Shown here in pieces: positions 30,481 through 40,592 of a stretch of DNA of 64,000 nucleotides. Both the position numbers and the translations under genes were made by a program. The notes beneath the pieces were generated by a model, which was not told where the DNA came from, searched no databases, and worked only from the letters and a program-made list of their open reading frames with translations. The stretch comes from an uncultured Candidatus Saccharibacteria bacterium (GTDB lineage Bacteria > Patescibacteriota > Saccharimonadia > CAILAD01 > BJGX01): contig CAYRNO010000001.1 in NCBI GenBank assembly GCA_964425715.1, positions 10,645 through 74,644 on the forward strand, in the 5' to 3' direction. How positions within the stretch are numbered: the stretch's first letter is position 1; the number at the start of each line of letters is the position of its first letter.

Positions 30481-31023
30481 TTATTCCTTGATGGGAGTTT
30501 TAATAATTATCTCTTTCTTGAGGCTAGCTAGAGTAGACATGTCTCTACCAGTCATTGAAGTATCACCTTCTAGGGTGGCAATATCACTTAGTCCCTCAAA
30601 GAAATTTTCAAGCACTTTCTTACCAAGTTCTTGGTGGGCCATTTCTCTGCCCTTGAATCTTACTGTGATTTTGACCTTATTGCCATTTTCCAAGAATTTC
30701 CTTGCGGCTCGTCTTTTGACTTCAATATCGTGTGTACCTATCTTGAGTCCCATGCGAATTTGCTTGATCTCAACACTTTTCTGCTTTTTTCGACTTTTCT
30801 GTCTCTGCTTTTCTTGTTCGTATTGGTATTTACCCCAATCTAACAACTTACAAACAGGGGGATTTGCCGATGGAGATACTTCTGCTAGGTCATAACCTTC
30901 TTGCTGTGCAATCTTGAGAGCTTCCGCTAGTGTCACAATACCCAGTTGTTGACCTTCAGCCCCCAATAATCGAATTGAGGTAGCCCTAATTTCATGATTT
31001 AGACGTAGTCGCGGTTTTTTTAT
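30481..31023 (-). CDS. infC: Translation initiation factor IF-3, non-canonical ATA start
   Basis: AAGGAG SD then ATA at 31023 in frame, adding KKPRLRLNHEIRATSIRL; PPVCKLLDWGKY, FKGRE. Confidence 0.93.
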   Translation of the reverse strand: MKKPRLRLNHEIRATSIRLLGAEGQQLGIVTLAEALKIAQQEGYDLAEVSPSANPPVCKLLDWGKYQYEQEKQRQKSRKKQKSVEIKQIRMGLKIGTHDIEVKRRAARKFLENGNKVKITVRFKGREMAHQELGKKVLENFFEGLSDIATLEGDTSMTGRDMSTLASLKKEIIIKTPIKE

Positions 31024-31064
31024 ATTATCTCCTTAAAGCTCCAGACAATATTAACATGACATCA

Positions 31065-31874
31065 TCAGGAAATCAAGCCTGGAGACATGATGGAATGTAT
31101 TTCTTGTCCTCTTTTTACTACTACTCGAATTATTTTCTTATTAAATCCAACGCGAATAGGATTTTTGATGATTTTACCATTTCTATCACTCATGCTCTGG
31201 CTAGATTCGGATATCAGATTTTGAGCAGGCAATCTTAGTTGGAGTATATCGTGTGAGTCGTTTGATATCCCATTAAGTCCTGGAATATTGAGTATATTTG
31301 TAGACTGTTTATGCTTTAGGTTCTTATTGTATATTTCTATCAAAAGCGCAGTATTATGGGGAGTGACTTCTTGGTTGCGATTATGAATAATAATCTTGTA
31401 TGTATCCATCTTTATTTCTAAAGATTTGTCTATTTTTATTATACTTTTTACCGGCTCATTTGACTTATTGTGTTCTGTCTCAAGAATATAATCAAAAAGA
31501 AAATAATGCTGATTAACAGATAAAGCAGTGAGTTCTATGATCTTGCGTTGTGCTACAATTGAAAAACCTTCTTTATAGTCTTTTATGCCAAGCCTTTTCG
31601 ATAGAATATTTCTGGATGTTGGTATATATGAAAAAACTACATCTGATCGTAGTAACCTCGATTCTGCAATTAGTGCTTCGAAATACTCAGGGCTTCCAAT
31701 CGCCACAACAGTACTGAATTTTTCGCCATTTTCCTTTAATATCGTAGTAATATCTTCAACAGTTGATAGTTGATACTCTTGAGTTTGTAGTGAATTTTTT
31801 TGTTTCCAGTTAGATAAGTACTCCAAAAGACTTTTTGAGTCAGTGGCGCTTGTGTCTATAAACAATCCGTACAT
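31065..31874 (-). CDS. Hypothetical protein, possibly a degenerate diacylglycerol-kinase-like fold
   Basis: STVVAIGS, SYIPT...LSKRLGI weakly resemble DAGK motifs. Confidence 0.5.
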   Translation of the reverse strand: MYGLFIDTSATDSKSLLEYLSNWKQKNSLQTQEYQLSTVEDITTILKENGEKFSTVVAIGSPEYFEALIAESRLLRSDVVFSYIPTSRNILSKRLGIKDYKEGFSIVAQRKIIELTALSVNQHYFLFDYILETEHNKSNEPVKSIIKIDKSLEIKMDTYKIIIHNRNQEVTPHNTALLIEIYNKNLKHKQSTNILNIPGLNGISNDSHDILQLRLPAQNLISESSQSMSDRNGKIIKNPIRVGFNKKIIRVVVKRGQEIHSIMSPGLIS

Positions 31875-32243
31875 CTAATTTCTCTCCATTTTAATCTTGG
31901 CATTCACAATAGCACCCTTATCAATGATTAGATTAGGGGCATGTAGGTTGCCATTAGCGGTAGAACAGCTAGTTAGATGCAATTCATCGGATACAATTGC
32001 ATTACCGCTATAAGTTCCCTCAATAATAGCAGTACGGGCCTTGATGTCTGCATTGATCTTGGAATTTTTGGCCAATTCTATTAGTCCCGATGTATCAATA
32101 GATCCTATGAATTTACCATCGATATAGATATCCTGATCAGTCTTGCAATCTCCTTTGACTTCAACATCAGGGCCGATATAATATTCAGCAAAATTATTAA
32201 ATGGCAGTTCGGTTCTATTTCTATTGATGAATTTAAATATCAT
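31875..32243 (-). CDS. Bactofilin (polymer-forming cytoskeletal protein)
   Basis: IGPDVEVKGD...IDGKFIGSI...IEGTYSGN...LIIDKGA beta-helix repeats; start moved to ATG 32243. Confidence 0.85.
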   Translation of the reverse strand: MIFKFINRNRTELPFNNFAEYYIGPDVEVKGDCKTDQDIYIDGKFIGSIDTSGLIELAKNSKINADIKARTAIIEGTYSGNAIVSDELHLTSCSTANGNLHAPNLIIDKGAIVNAKIKMERN

Positions 32244-32244
32244 A

Positions 32245-32718
32245 TTACTTTTTGGATTGCTTTTTTTTACTGTTGAGAGCTTTTTGAAGTGAAATAGTCT
32301 CTTCATCTGATAGATTGTACTTGCTCAAACCGTTACTTATCTCTTTGGCATATATTCTAGTAGAAGTGCGTGCATGAACGCTTGAAACTATCACTCCATT
32401 ATTATGATTGTCTAACAATGTTAGTACAAAACTTTGATCTCCACCAGTATCGCCAAAGGGATTGAATCTAATCAGCGATTGTTTGGATATGGAAAATTGA
32501 GCCTGTGTGTGCATCTTAGCCACAAATTCAGCTAGTTCATCTATCTTATGCAGAGCATCATCTACATCTTTTGAATAATTTTTAATAAGTTGTTCGATTT
32601 GCTTTGATTCTGCTCCTTGCAAAAACTGGCCGTAACTTTTTTGTAGCTGAAAAAATTTCCAGAGTGTAAATCCAAAAGCAATTAAAGTCACGACGAATAG
32701 TATAATTATAATAATCAT
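32245..32718 (-). CDS. DUF4446 family membrane-anchored protein
   Basis: RFNPFGDTGGDQSFVLTLLD, YAKEI...LSDEE. Confidence 0.85.
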   Translation of the reverse strand: MIIIIILFVVTLIAFGFTLWKFFQLQKSYGQFLQGAESKQIEQLIKNYSKDVDDALHKIDELAEFVAKMHTQAQFSISKQSLIRFNPFGDTGGDQSFVLTLLDNHNNGVIVSSVHARTSTRIYAKEISNGLSKYNLSDEETISLQKALNSKKKQSKK

Positions 32719-32803
32719 AATAGTTACTTGTATTTATTATAGCCATCCAAGGTGATAATTAGCAAATAATTGATAAACTGTTAAAATAAAAAAGAGGTAA
32801 AAA

Positions 32804-33118
32804 ATGGCAAAGAAAAAGAAGCATAGAAAAACACGTAAGCAGAAAATCGCTCGAGCAAACCTTAATAAGGCCCAATCTGTAGATACTTCAGAGACAGGAA
32901 GTAGTATATCTTCAGTTGAATCTGAAAGTAAAAGAGTACTAGCAGAAGAATCAAACATAAATCCAGATAAAGAATTCGATTCTGTGTATTATGTTAAAAA
33001 AGATGTGAAAAGTTCACTAATCTTGGCCGGGATAATCATAGGCGTATTTGGTGTGATATATATATTACTATCTCAATCTTCTATTGGTGACCAGGTTTAC
33101 TCAATTATAAAACTGTAG
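32804..33118 (+). CDS. Hypothetical protein, basic N-terminus and C-terminal TM
   Basis: GAGG SD; YVKKDVK followed by a hydrophobic helix. Confidence 0.7.
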   Translation: MAKKKKHRKTRKQKIARANLNKAQSVDTSETGSSISSVESESKRVLAEESNINPDKEFDSVYYVKKDVKSSLILAGIIIGVFGVIYILLSQSSIGDQVYSIIKL

Positions 33119-34619
33119 TTCTTGCAACTCTATACTGAAGAGCCTCAGTAAAGTGCTTGCTCAGTATATCTGGACTATTGTCTAGGTCAGCTATTGTTCT
33201 AGATACTTTTAGCACTCTCATATATGATCTGGCACTAAGGTTCATCCTATCGATAGCAGTTTTTGCAAGATCTTCTAGCTCTTTATTGAGTTTACAAAAG
33301 CGATGGATATTTTTATTGGTCATTTCATTATTGGTAGATATATCTAAACCATAGAATCGTCTGCTTTGGATGTCTCTAGCATTTTTAATTCTCTGGTGTA
33401 CCTGGTGTGATTTTTCTTCCATTTTATTTTGGATCAAATCATTCGTATCGATTTTATCTACATTTACAATAATATCGATTCTATCGAGTAAAGGACCTGA
33501 AATACGAGTTTTGTATCTGGTAAGTTGGGTGACAGTGCAGCTACAGGTGTTTGTATTGTCGCCAAAATAACCACATGGACATGGGTTTTGAGCTGCTACC
33601 ATCAGAAATTTAGCAGGGAATTGATAGGTAGCTGAGGCTCGACTCACCGTAACTATACCATCCTCCATAGGCTGCCTAAGTACTTCTAAAACACTTCTTT
33701 TAAATTCAGGTAACTCATCCAAGAATAAAACACCTCGATGAGCCAAGCTTATTTCTCCAGGTTTTGGCCATTGACCACCGCCAATTAGAGATATATCACT
33801 AGCAGTGTGATGAGGAGTCCTAAATGGTCTATTTGTTGCTATAGAATCTTTATCTACTCCGACCATGCTATGTACTCTTGTAATCTCAAGCATTTCTGAA
33901 TAACTCGGTTTTGGTAGTAATCCTACAAGTGCTTTAGCCAACATTGTCTTGCCTGAGCCTGGTGGTCCAGATAGCAATATGTTATGATTGCCGGCTGCGG
34001 ATATTTCTATGGCTCGTTTTGCCTGGTATTGTCCATATATTTCAGACAAATCAACTTCTGAACCGGTCGTTTTTCCTACCAGCTTGGTAACGGGCAATGG
34101 AAAAATCGACTTTTCACCAATTAGATGTTGATAAAGTTCAAATAAATTTTTTACAGGGTAAACCTCAATCCCTTCTATTGCTGCGGCTTGTTTGGCCACA
34201 CTACTAGATATATAGAGTTTTTTCAGGCCCATTTGGCTTGCTATTTGAGCAGTAGACAAGGCTCCACTTACTGGTCTTGTAGTACCGTCTAATGCAAGTT
34301 CACCAAAGAATATACAGTCTCTAGAAATATGTTCAACCTGACCACTTGCTACCAATAGACTAACTGCCATTGCTAGGTCAAAACTAGAACCAATTTTCGG
34401 TAAATCTGCCGGTGCCAGATTGAGAGTGATACGACGAGGAGGAAGCATGAGGTGAGAGTTTTTTAGGGCTCCACGCACTCTTTCTTTTGCTTCATCTACA
34501 GCCTTATTTGCCATACCAACGATAATAAAAGCAGGTAGACCATTGTGCATATCTGCCTCAACATCTACCATTTGTCCGTCAAGACCAGTATGACTTATTG
34601 TTTGTACGCTTGATAACAT
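33105..34619 (-). CDS. comM: YifB/ComM Mg-chelatase-like AAA+ ATPase
   Basis: NLAPADLPK, GPPGSGKT, PFRTPHH, PGEISLAHRGVLFLDE, NPCPCG, ISGPLLDRID. Confidence 0.92.
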   Translation of the reverse strand: MLSSVQTISHTGLDGQMVDVEADMHNGLPAFIIVGMANKAVDEAKERVRGALKNSHLMLPPRRITLNLAPADLPKIGSSFDLAMAVSLLVASGQVEHISRDCIFFGELALDGTTRPVSGALSTAQIASQMGLKKLYISSSVAKQAAAIEGIEVYPVKNLFELYQHLIGEKSIFPLPVTKLVGKTTGSEVDLSEIYGQYQAKRAIEISAAGNHNILLSGPPGSGKTMLAKALVGLLPKPSYSEMLEITRVHSMVGVDKDSIATNRPFRTPHHTASDISLIGGGQWPKPGEISLAHRGVLFLDELPEFKRSVLEVLRQPMEDGIVTVSRASATYQFPAKFLMVAAQNPCPCGYFGDNTNTCSCTVTQLTRYKTRISGPLLDRIDIIVNVDKIDTNDLIQNKMEEKSHQVHQRIKNARDIQSRRFYGLDISTNNEMTNKNIHRFCKLNKELEDLAKTAIDRMNLSARSYMRVLKVSRTIADLDNSPDILSKHFTEALQYRVARTTVL

Positions 34620-34688
34620 TTACCCCCCTTTTTTTTTAATAATCATATATTAAACGAATAAAAAGCGAAAAACAAGCATCCAATCAAA

Positions 34689-35741
34689 TTATTTTTTATA
34701 CCATTTTGCAGCTGATTCGGGTGGTACGGTATTTATAACTACACCAGTTGCTAATTCGAATCCTCCCCATATATTGGATCTGCCACAAATTTTTATACAG
34801 AACCTATGATTTGAGTTGACCCCATTTTCTAGATATATATTGAAGCTTATCTTATGATTATTGAGTTTTCTTAAATACTGCTTCAAATATTTTGCAATAT
34901 TTTTTAGCTGTTTATTGTTTAGTTCTGTAGATTTAGTTAATTGTTTTTTAGGCATGATCCAAAGCTCAAAAGGCCACTTACTTGCATATGGACAAAATAC
35001 TAAGAAATCATCGTCTTCGCAGACTATTCTTTTTTTTGCTTGTTTTTCGTATTTTATAATGTCATCAAATGGATTTCGGTTGTTATTTTTTATGTACTGA
35101 TCGATGAGTTCAGATTCACGCATGAATTTCTGTGGTATTACTGGAAGTGCAAATATCTGACTATGAGCATGCGCAAGACTTGCTCCTGCCTCATAACCAT
35201 CGTTTCTAAATACCAATACATACTCAATTCCATTTTGCTCAAGCAATTTTTTTGTGCGTTCTTGATATACTTTCAGTACATTGGTAATCTGATCAATCGA
35301 AAGGTGGGAGAGGGGGGTAGACGCAAGAGGGGTATCTATAACAATCTCTTGCTTTCCATATGATTGCGGGTTATCTGAGGTAAGGCTTGGAAATTTGTTC
35401 TCAACAACTTTTACTAACCAATCTCCATTTTCGTCTTTGAGCTGACTGATCTCTACATTTCGATCAAGTCTTGGGCTACTGGCTGTTTCTAGCAATATGT
35501 GGCCAGTGTCTCTTGTGTCATAGGGTCTTTTACCTCGATTAGGGGCTATAATCACAAGATTGTCATAGAGATAATCACGTCGCATCTCAGTTTCTATGCC
35601 ATGTGTATCTAGCTCTATGCCCTTATGTTGAGGAGAAATATGTGGTTCATGAGCTATGTTTTGTTGATTATTTTTGCTTTGTTGTTCTCTATCAACACTT
35701 AGCTTCAAACGCCTAGATGGGGGTAATTTTTTAGACTGCAT
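34689..35741 (-). CDS. galT: Galactose-1-phosphate uridylyltransferase family protein
   Basis: VIIAPNRGKRP, NKFP, AGASLAHAHSQ (HxHxQ), GGFELATG. Confidence 0.85.
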   Translation of the reverse strand: MQSKKLPPSRRLKLSVDREQQSKNNQQNIAHEPHISPQHKGIELDTHGIETEMRRDYLYDNLVIIAPNRGKRPYDTRDTGHILLETASSPRLDRNVEISQLKDENGDWLVKVVENKFPSLTSDNPQSYGKQEIVIDTPLASTPLSHLSIDQITNVLKVYQERTKKLLEQNGIEYVLVFRNDGYEAGASLAHAHSQIFALPVIPQKFMRESELIDQYIKNNNRNPFDDIIKYEKQAKKRIVCEDDDFLVFCPYASKWPFELWIMPKKQLTKSTELNNKQLKNIAKYLKQYLRKLNNHKISFNIYLENGVNSNHRFCIKICGRSNIWGGFELATGVVINTVPPESAAKWYKK

Positions 35742-35800
35742 ATATACCTCTTATGGTATCATATTGCTAGTTCTATTCAAAAAAGAGATAATTGAGCTAT

Positions 35801-36910
35801 ATGAATAAACCAAAAACAATTTTAGTACTTTCTGCAAAGACCGGAGGGGGGCATCGAGCAGCAGCTCTGGCGACAATTAGTAGTCTCAATGCATTACCTG
35901 GCAAGTACAATATAATCCATCATGACATATTCGAGAATGCTCCACGACCTATCAATAGTATGCCAAAATTTTACTCCAAAATTACAAATGTAAAATCAGC
36001 CTGGGGTGCAATATACAAACTTACAGAGGGGAATCGACAATCTCAACTTACAATTAAAACTGGTGCAAGGCTTTATAAGAAAAATATATATAAGATTCTA
36101 AATGACTATCAACCAGATGTGATACTATCTTTTCATTTTGCAGCAAATGTTTTTCTACAGGAAGCTCAAGCGATGGACAGGCATATACCATTTATTACTG
36201 TAGTTACCGACCTCGCTACTTGTCATCCGATGTGGTTTGATAAGCGCAACGATGTGATCGTTGTGCCTTCTAATGATAGCTATACAAGTGCAAGAAAATA
36301 CGGAATAGCATCTTCAAAAATAAAGATCATTGGTTTGCCAGTTGCAAAAGATTTTTCAAATCACACGAATAAGATGAAAATGAAAAAGTTACTAGATTGG
36401 CCTACAGATATACCTACGATTCTCATAATGGCAGGAGGTGATGGCATGGGCAAAATAGCATCTTTGTGTAGAAAAATCGACAAGACAAAGCTTAATGTTC
36501 ATCTTGCTATAGTCGCAGGTAGAAATGAGAGTCTTTTCCAATCTCTAACACAGCGTAATTTCAAGAATCCAGTTACTATTTATAGATTTTGTGATGATAT
36601 ACCCACTATGATGCATGCATCAGACGTTTTACTCACAAAGGCCGGTCCAGGTACAATAACAGAATCTATTGTAAGTAATCTGCCTATAGTGCTTTATGAT
36701 TTTCTTCCTGGTCAAGAAGAAGGCAATATATTATATGTGGTAGAGAGTGGAGCGGGTGTTTGGGCTTCAACAAACTCCTTAGCTCTAAGGGCTACAGAAG
36801 ATATATTAGACGGTACAATAGAATTTGGTGGAGCTAAATATGAATCTGTACGAAAACAGCATGTTGATGCAGCTGATAAAATATCAAAATTAGTTATTAG
36901 TTATTTATAG
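35801..36910 (+). CDS. MGDG synthase/UgtP-like glycosyltransferase (GT28)
   Basis: TGGGHRAAA, TVVTD, GLPV, TKAGPGTITE, PGQEEGN. Confidence 0.88.
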   Translation: MNKPKTILVLSAKTGGGHRAAALATISSLNALPGKYNIIHHDIFENAPRPINSMPKFYSKITNVKSAWGAIYKLTEGNRQSQLTIKTGARLYKKNIYKILNDYQPDVILSFHFAANVFLQEAQAMDRHIPFITVVTDLATCHPMWFDKRNDVIVVPSNDSYTSARKYGIASSKIKIIGLPVAKDFSNHTNKMKMKKLLDWPTDIPTILIMAGGDGMGKIASLCRKIDKTKLNVHLAIVAGRNESLFQSLTQRNFKNPVTIYRFCDDIPTMMHASDVLLTKAGPGTITESIVSNLPIVLYDFLPGQEEGNILYVVESGAGVWASTNSLALRATEDILDGTIEFGGAKYESVRKQHVDAADKISKLVISYL

Positions 36911-36927
36911 ATTACAATTCAATAATT

Positions 36928-38028
36928 TTAGATAAGGCTCAATAAGAATTTTGATATATCATTGAGGGAACCAGTTTCGGTATATTTATTTAGATTTGTA
37001 GTATATATATTGTAGTGAGTGAGTATATCTGTAATTGCACCAGCTATTTGACTGGGTTCAAGAGCTACAATCCCAAGTCTATTATCTGATATATAAGCTG
37101 CATTACCGTTTTCTTGTCCTGGTATGATCTTGCTAACTACAACGGGTTTTTTCGCTACAATGCATTCCATAATACTTGATCCACCTGCTTTCGTGATAAC
37201 AATATCACTTGCTTTGACAAAGTCAGCCAAGCTACTTGTCCAACTGATAAGCATTGTATCGTTATGTTGTCTTGATTTGAGTTTTTTAAATAATTTATCA
37301 TCTTTGCCTGTAATAGTAATTATTTGAGAATCTATTGCCAATCGATTTATTTCGTTTAAAGTATCCTGGACGAATGATGGTTTCAAGCCGGATGCTAAAA
37401 AAAGGATGGTTTTTTGATTATTAGCTATGCCTAGCTGATTAAGTATTTGCTGACTCTTGCCATGATCGTAAAATGCGCTTTTTACGGGGTAACCCAATAC
37501 TTTAATCTTTATATTTGCAACACCCATAGCATGTAGAGATATTCTTGTCTCTTTGTTGGATACCAAGAAATAGTCTGGTTCTCCTATGATCCACGACGAA
37601 TGTATAGTAACAATATCGGTAACTACTGAGACCATGGGTGTCTTCTTAAACTCTTCTTGTCTTGCTAAGGATGCTATGTATTGCCAATGAGGAGAATTGC
37701 AGATAATCAGATCCGGAGATTTATTTCTAAAAAAGTTTAAAATTTTATCTCTACTAAAAATATAGTTGAGCTCATTGATAGCTTTTGAGGCTATTTCGGT
37801 GTCTGTCAATTCAAAGAAGAGTTTATACAGATAAGGTACGTATTTAGCTGCATCTATGTACATACGTTTTGTGGCTTTGTTTAGAAACTCACTGATTATA
37901 TCTGTAAAATCAACAATATCTACTTCTACTTTTTTGGTATTAACAAGCAATATTCCTTCACGTATTGCTTCTGCTGTAGACATATGGCCATGCCCATAGG
38001 AGGTTGTTAGAATTAATACTTTTTTCAT
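36928..38028 (-). CDS. MGDG synthase/UgtP-like glycosyltransferase (GT28)
   Basis: SYGHGHMSTA, SVVTD, GYPV, ITKAGGSSIME, PGQENGN. Confidence 0.88.
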   Translation of the reverse strand: MKKVLILTTSYGHGHMSTAEAIREGILLVNTKKVEVDIVDFTDIISEFLNKATKRMYIDAAKYVPYLYKLFFELTDTEIASKAINELNYIFSRDKILNFFRNKSPDLIICNSPHWQYIASLARQEEFKKTPMVSVVTDIVTIHSSWIIGEPDYFLVSNKETRISLHAMGVANIKIKVLGYPVKSAFYDHGKSQQILNQLGIANNQKTILFLASGLKPSFVQDTLNEINRLAIDSQIITITGKDDKLFKKLKSRQHNDTMLISWTSSLADFVKASDIVITKAGGSSIMECIVAKKPVVVSKIIPGQENGNAAYISDNRLGIVALEPSQIAGAITDILTHYNIYTTNLNKYTETGSLNDISKFLLSLI

Positions 38029-38063
38029 TACATGTAGTATAGCAAATACGCTATAATTGCCCT

Positions 38064-39248
38064 ATGAAACATCTTGTAATCGGTTCTGACCTGTTTAAAC
38101 CCAGTATAGGTGGAACTGAAACAGTGACAGAGAATATGGCCCAAAACCTATCTAAAAAAGGTTTTCGAGTAACTGTTGTCGCACCAGTATCTAATGGAGG
38201 CAAATTTCCAAGTCTTCACAAAGATAACGGATACCAAATATTGCGAGTCAGATCTATCGGGTTGCCAATTCAAAATAATTTAAGATTTGCTTACAGATCA
38301 TACAGGCAGATTTCAGAATACTTTAGTAAAACAGAGAATAGAGTAGATATTATTCATGTCAATAATCCTTTTCCTTTAAGTAAAACACTACTCAAATATG
38401 CCAAACATAATAGTGTACCTTGTGTGGTTGGTGGGCATTTTATGCCTGAGAGCTTTACAGTGGGGTTAAGAACATTTGGAGATTTCCATAAGTATATTGA
38501 TAATTTAGGATGGAATCTTACAGTACGATTCTACAACAAAGCAAATGCTGTTGTTGCACCCACAAAGACGGCCATAAGTATTCTAAAATCACACGGGCTT
38601 AAGTTACCGACATATGTGATATCGAACGGGATAGATCTAAATTTAAATCATCCATTGAAAATCAATAAAACAGAATTAAAATCCAGAATAGGTTTGTATG
38701 CTAAGTATGTACTGACTTATGCAGGTAGATTAGGAGTAGAGAAGAGGATTGATGTTATAATTACAGCATTGTATAAATTACAGCAGCAGAACTTTGATGT
38801 ACAGTTACTCTTAATAGGTGACGGTAATGCTAAGCAAAAACTTAAAAAACTTGTTCATAAACTAGACATGGATGACAAGGTTATTTTTGCTGGATATGTT
38901 GGTGATACAAGTCAAAAGCAGAGACTATTCGCACTTAGTGACATATTTGTAATAGCATCACCAGTAGAGCTGCAAAGCATAGTGACACTAGAGGCAATGG
39001 CAGCAGGTTTACCTGTTGTTGCTGTCAACGAAGGAGCTTTACCTGAATTGGCCCAAAAAGGAATCAATGGTGATGTATTTCCTGAAGGAGATAGTACATC
39101 AATGGCTCGATGTATAGGGAATATCGTGCTTGATCCAGTAAAACTTAGGCAATATAGCCAATCTAGTCTTAAAATAATTAAGAATCATAATATTGAGGAT
39201 ACTTGGAGTCAATATTCAGATATGTATTTGGAAGTACTTGATTCCTGA
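38064..39248 (+). CDS. Glycosyltransferase family 4 (glycosyl-diacylglycerol synthase-like)
   Basis: SDLFKPSIGG, ISNGID, GRLGVEKR, ELQSIVTLEAMAAG. Confidence 0.88.
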   Translation: MKHLVIGSDLFKPSIGGTETVTENMAQNLSKKGFRVTVVAPVSNGGKFPSLHKDNGYQILRVRSIGLPIQNNLRFAYRSYRQISEYFSKTENRVDIIHVNNPFPLSKTLLKYAKHNSVPCVVGGHFMPESFTVGLRTFGDFHKYIDNLGWNLTVRFYNKANAVVAPTKTAISILKSHGLKLPTYVISNGIDLNLNHPLKINKTELKSRIGLYAKYVLTYAGRLGVEKRIDVIITALYKLQQQNFDVQLLLIGDGNAKQKLKKLVHKLDMDDKVIFAGYVGDTSQKQRLFALSDIFVIASPVELQSIVTLEAMAAGLPVVAVNEGALPELAQKGINGDVFPEGDSTSMARCIGNIVLDPVKLRQYSQSSLKIIKNHNIEDTWSQYSDMYLEVLDS

Positions 39249-39261
39249 TCTATAGGAAATA

Positions 39262-40086
39262 TTAATTGCACAATTCATAGTGCCACGGTTCACCCACAAC
39301 AGTTCTGCACAGACCATATTTACGAAATACATCATTTACTCCTGAAGTTTGAGCAAAATCAGTATTTATATCAACTGCCAATCCACGCTCGTGATTGGAA
39401 GTACCTGGTACAGCTACTGGAGCACTACCGCCTTTATTATAAAGACAGCTTTGCTCACTAAAACTACGCCATGCGGTATTGTAAGGTATATCTCTACCAA
39501 GATGAAGTTGTGCGCGCTGTAGTGCAGCAACCAAGTTATTATTTAGGTTAGTATGCCATACTCTAGCAGCCGTACAGTCTCCTCCTACAGCTACTTGGTT
39601 TGTTAATGGCATAAAGTTTCTTTGATTCATTACTACACCGTTAAAAATTGGTTTTCCAGCTCCCGTTTTATTTGCATTGGTTATTTCAAATGCAGTATTA
39701 ATAAATATTCCTCTTGGCGTCGTGTCGTTATTGGGATTGGCTAGTATCCAGTATCTTGCAATTCCTTTGGTGGCAAGTCCAGCGCTTTTTGTTTCTGTTA
39801 GAGGTGCTAGGGACTGTATTGCTTGCCCTGTATTTAAATTATAAACAGTAGCTTGATCCCATACTCTAATTTTTTTGTCAGCACTAAACATACTGCAGTT
39901 CAGACCTGGAGTTGAACATTTTATATTGTTGGCAGCGAAGCTATTATATATCAGTATAATACCTGTAACGGCTATAAGAAAAGTTACAACGAACAAAACA
40001 ATTCTAGATATTTTCTTTTTAGGTAAAAATTGAGTTTTTTTTACTCTTGATCTTGTAGATTTTGTAGGTTTTTTCTTAGACGGCAT
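39262..40086 (-). CDS. Membrane-anchored M15 (VanY-like) D-Ala-D-Ala carboxypeptidase
   Basis: WRSFSEQ, PGTSNHERGLAVD (SxHxxGxAxD), EPWH. Confidence 0.85.
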   Translation of the reverse strand: MPSKKKPTKSTRSRVKKTQFLPKKKISRIVLFVVTFLIAVTGIILIYNSFAANNIKCSTPGLNCSMFSADKKIRVWDQATVYNLNTGQAIQSLAPLTETKSAGLATKGIARYWILANPNNDTTPRGIFINTAFEITNANKTGAGKPIFNGVVMNQRNFMPLTNQVAVGGDCTAARVWHTNLNNNLVAALQRAQLHLGRDIPYNTAWRSFSEQSCLYNKGGSAPVAVPGTSNHERGLAVDINTDFAQTSGVNDVFRKYGLCRTVVGEPWHYELCN

Positions 40087-40163
40087 ATCGATAGAGCTTA
40101 TGTTGAATATGATAGCCTTATAATATGCAGTAGAGTTAATAATGTCAACAAACTACATAATAA

Positions 40164-40192
40164 TTGACAATAATAACAATTGAGTGTAAAAT
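40164..40192 (+). promoter_or_regulatory. Sigma70-type promoter of ssrA
   Basis: TTGACA-17 nt-TAAAAT. Confidence 0.75.
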
Positions 40193-40201
40193 ATTCCTAA
40201 T

Positions 40202-40592
40202 GGGGCTGACTAGCTTTGACATAGAGAACATTAAAATATATTTGCGAGCCGGGCTGGAATGCACGTTAGCCGTTCCAAAAACTTAAGTGCAAATACACTT
40301 ATTAGTAAGATAAAAGCAGCGTTTACGTTGCCAACTCTTGCACCAGCATACGCTTAATTGAGTATGCCGTCTAACTTACTGACACCAGATAGATAAGTAG
40401 GCGCCAATTATCTGGTTGCTACATATTCGCCTAGTGCCGAAGATGGGTAAGCTCATAGTACTAGGAAGAGATCTACTTGTTTGTTGATTTATAGAGTAGA
40501 TATCTTTGAAAACAATTTCAAATCAACTATGCTTGTAGACGATATATATTAATTCTTCATGGACGAGGGTGCGATTCCCTCCAGCTCCACCA
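40202..40592 (+). ncRNA. ssrA: tmRNA; tag ANTLISKIKAAFTLPTLAPAYA (40289-40357)
   Basis: 5' GGGGCTG and 3' CAGCTCC-ACCA acceptor stem with G3.U70, T-arm, resume codon GCA; smpB about 9 kb away. Confidence 0.97.

Noticed and set aside
30365-30895. 176-aa plus-strand ORF and other short antisense ORFs in the track
   Set aside because: Antisense shadows of well-supported genes (infC/rpmI and others)
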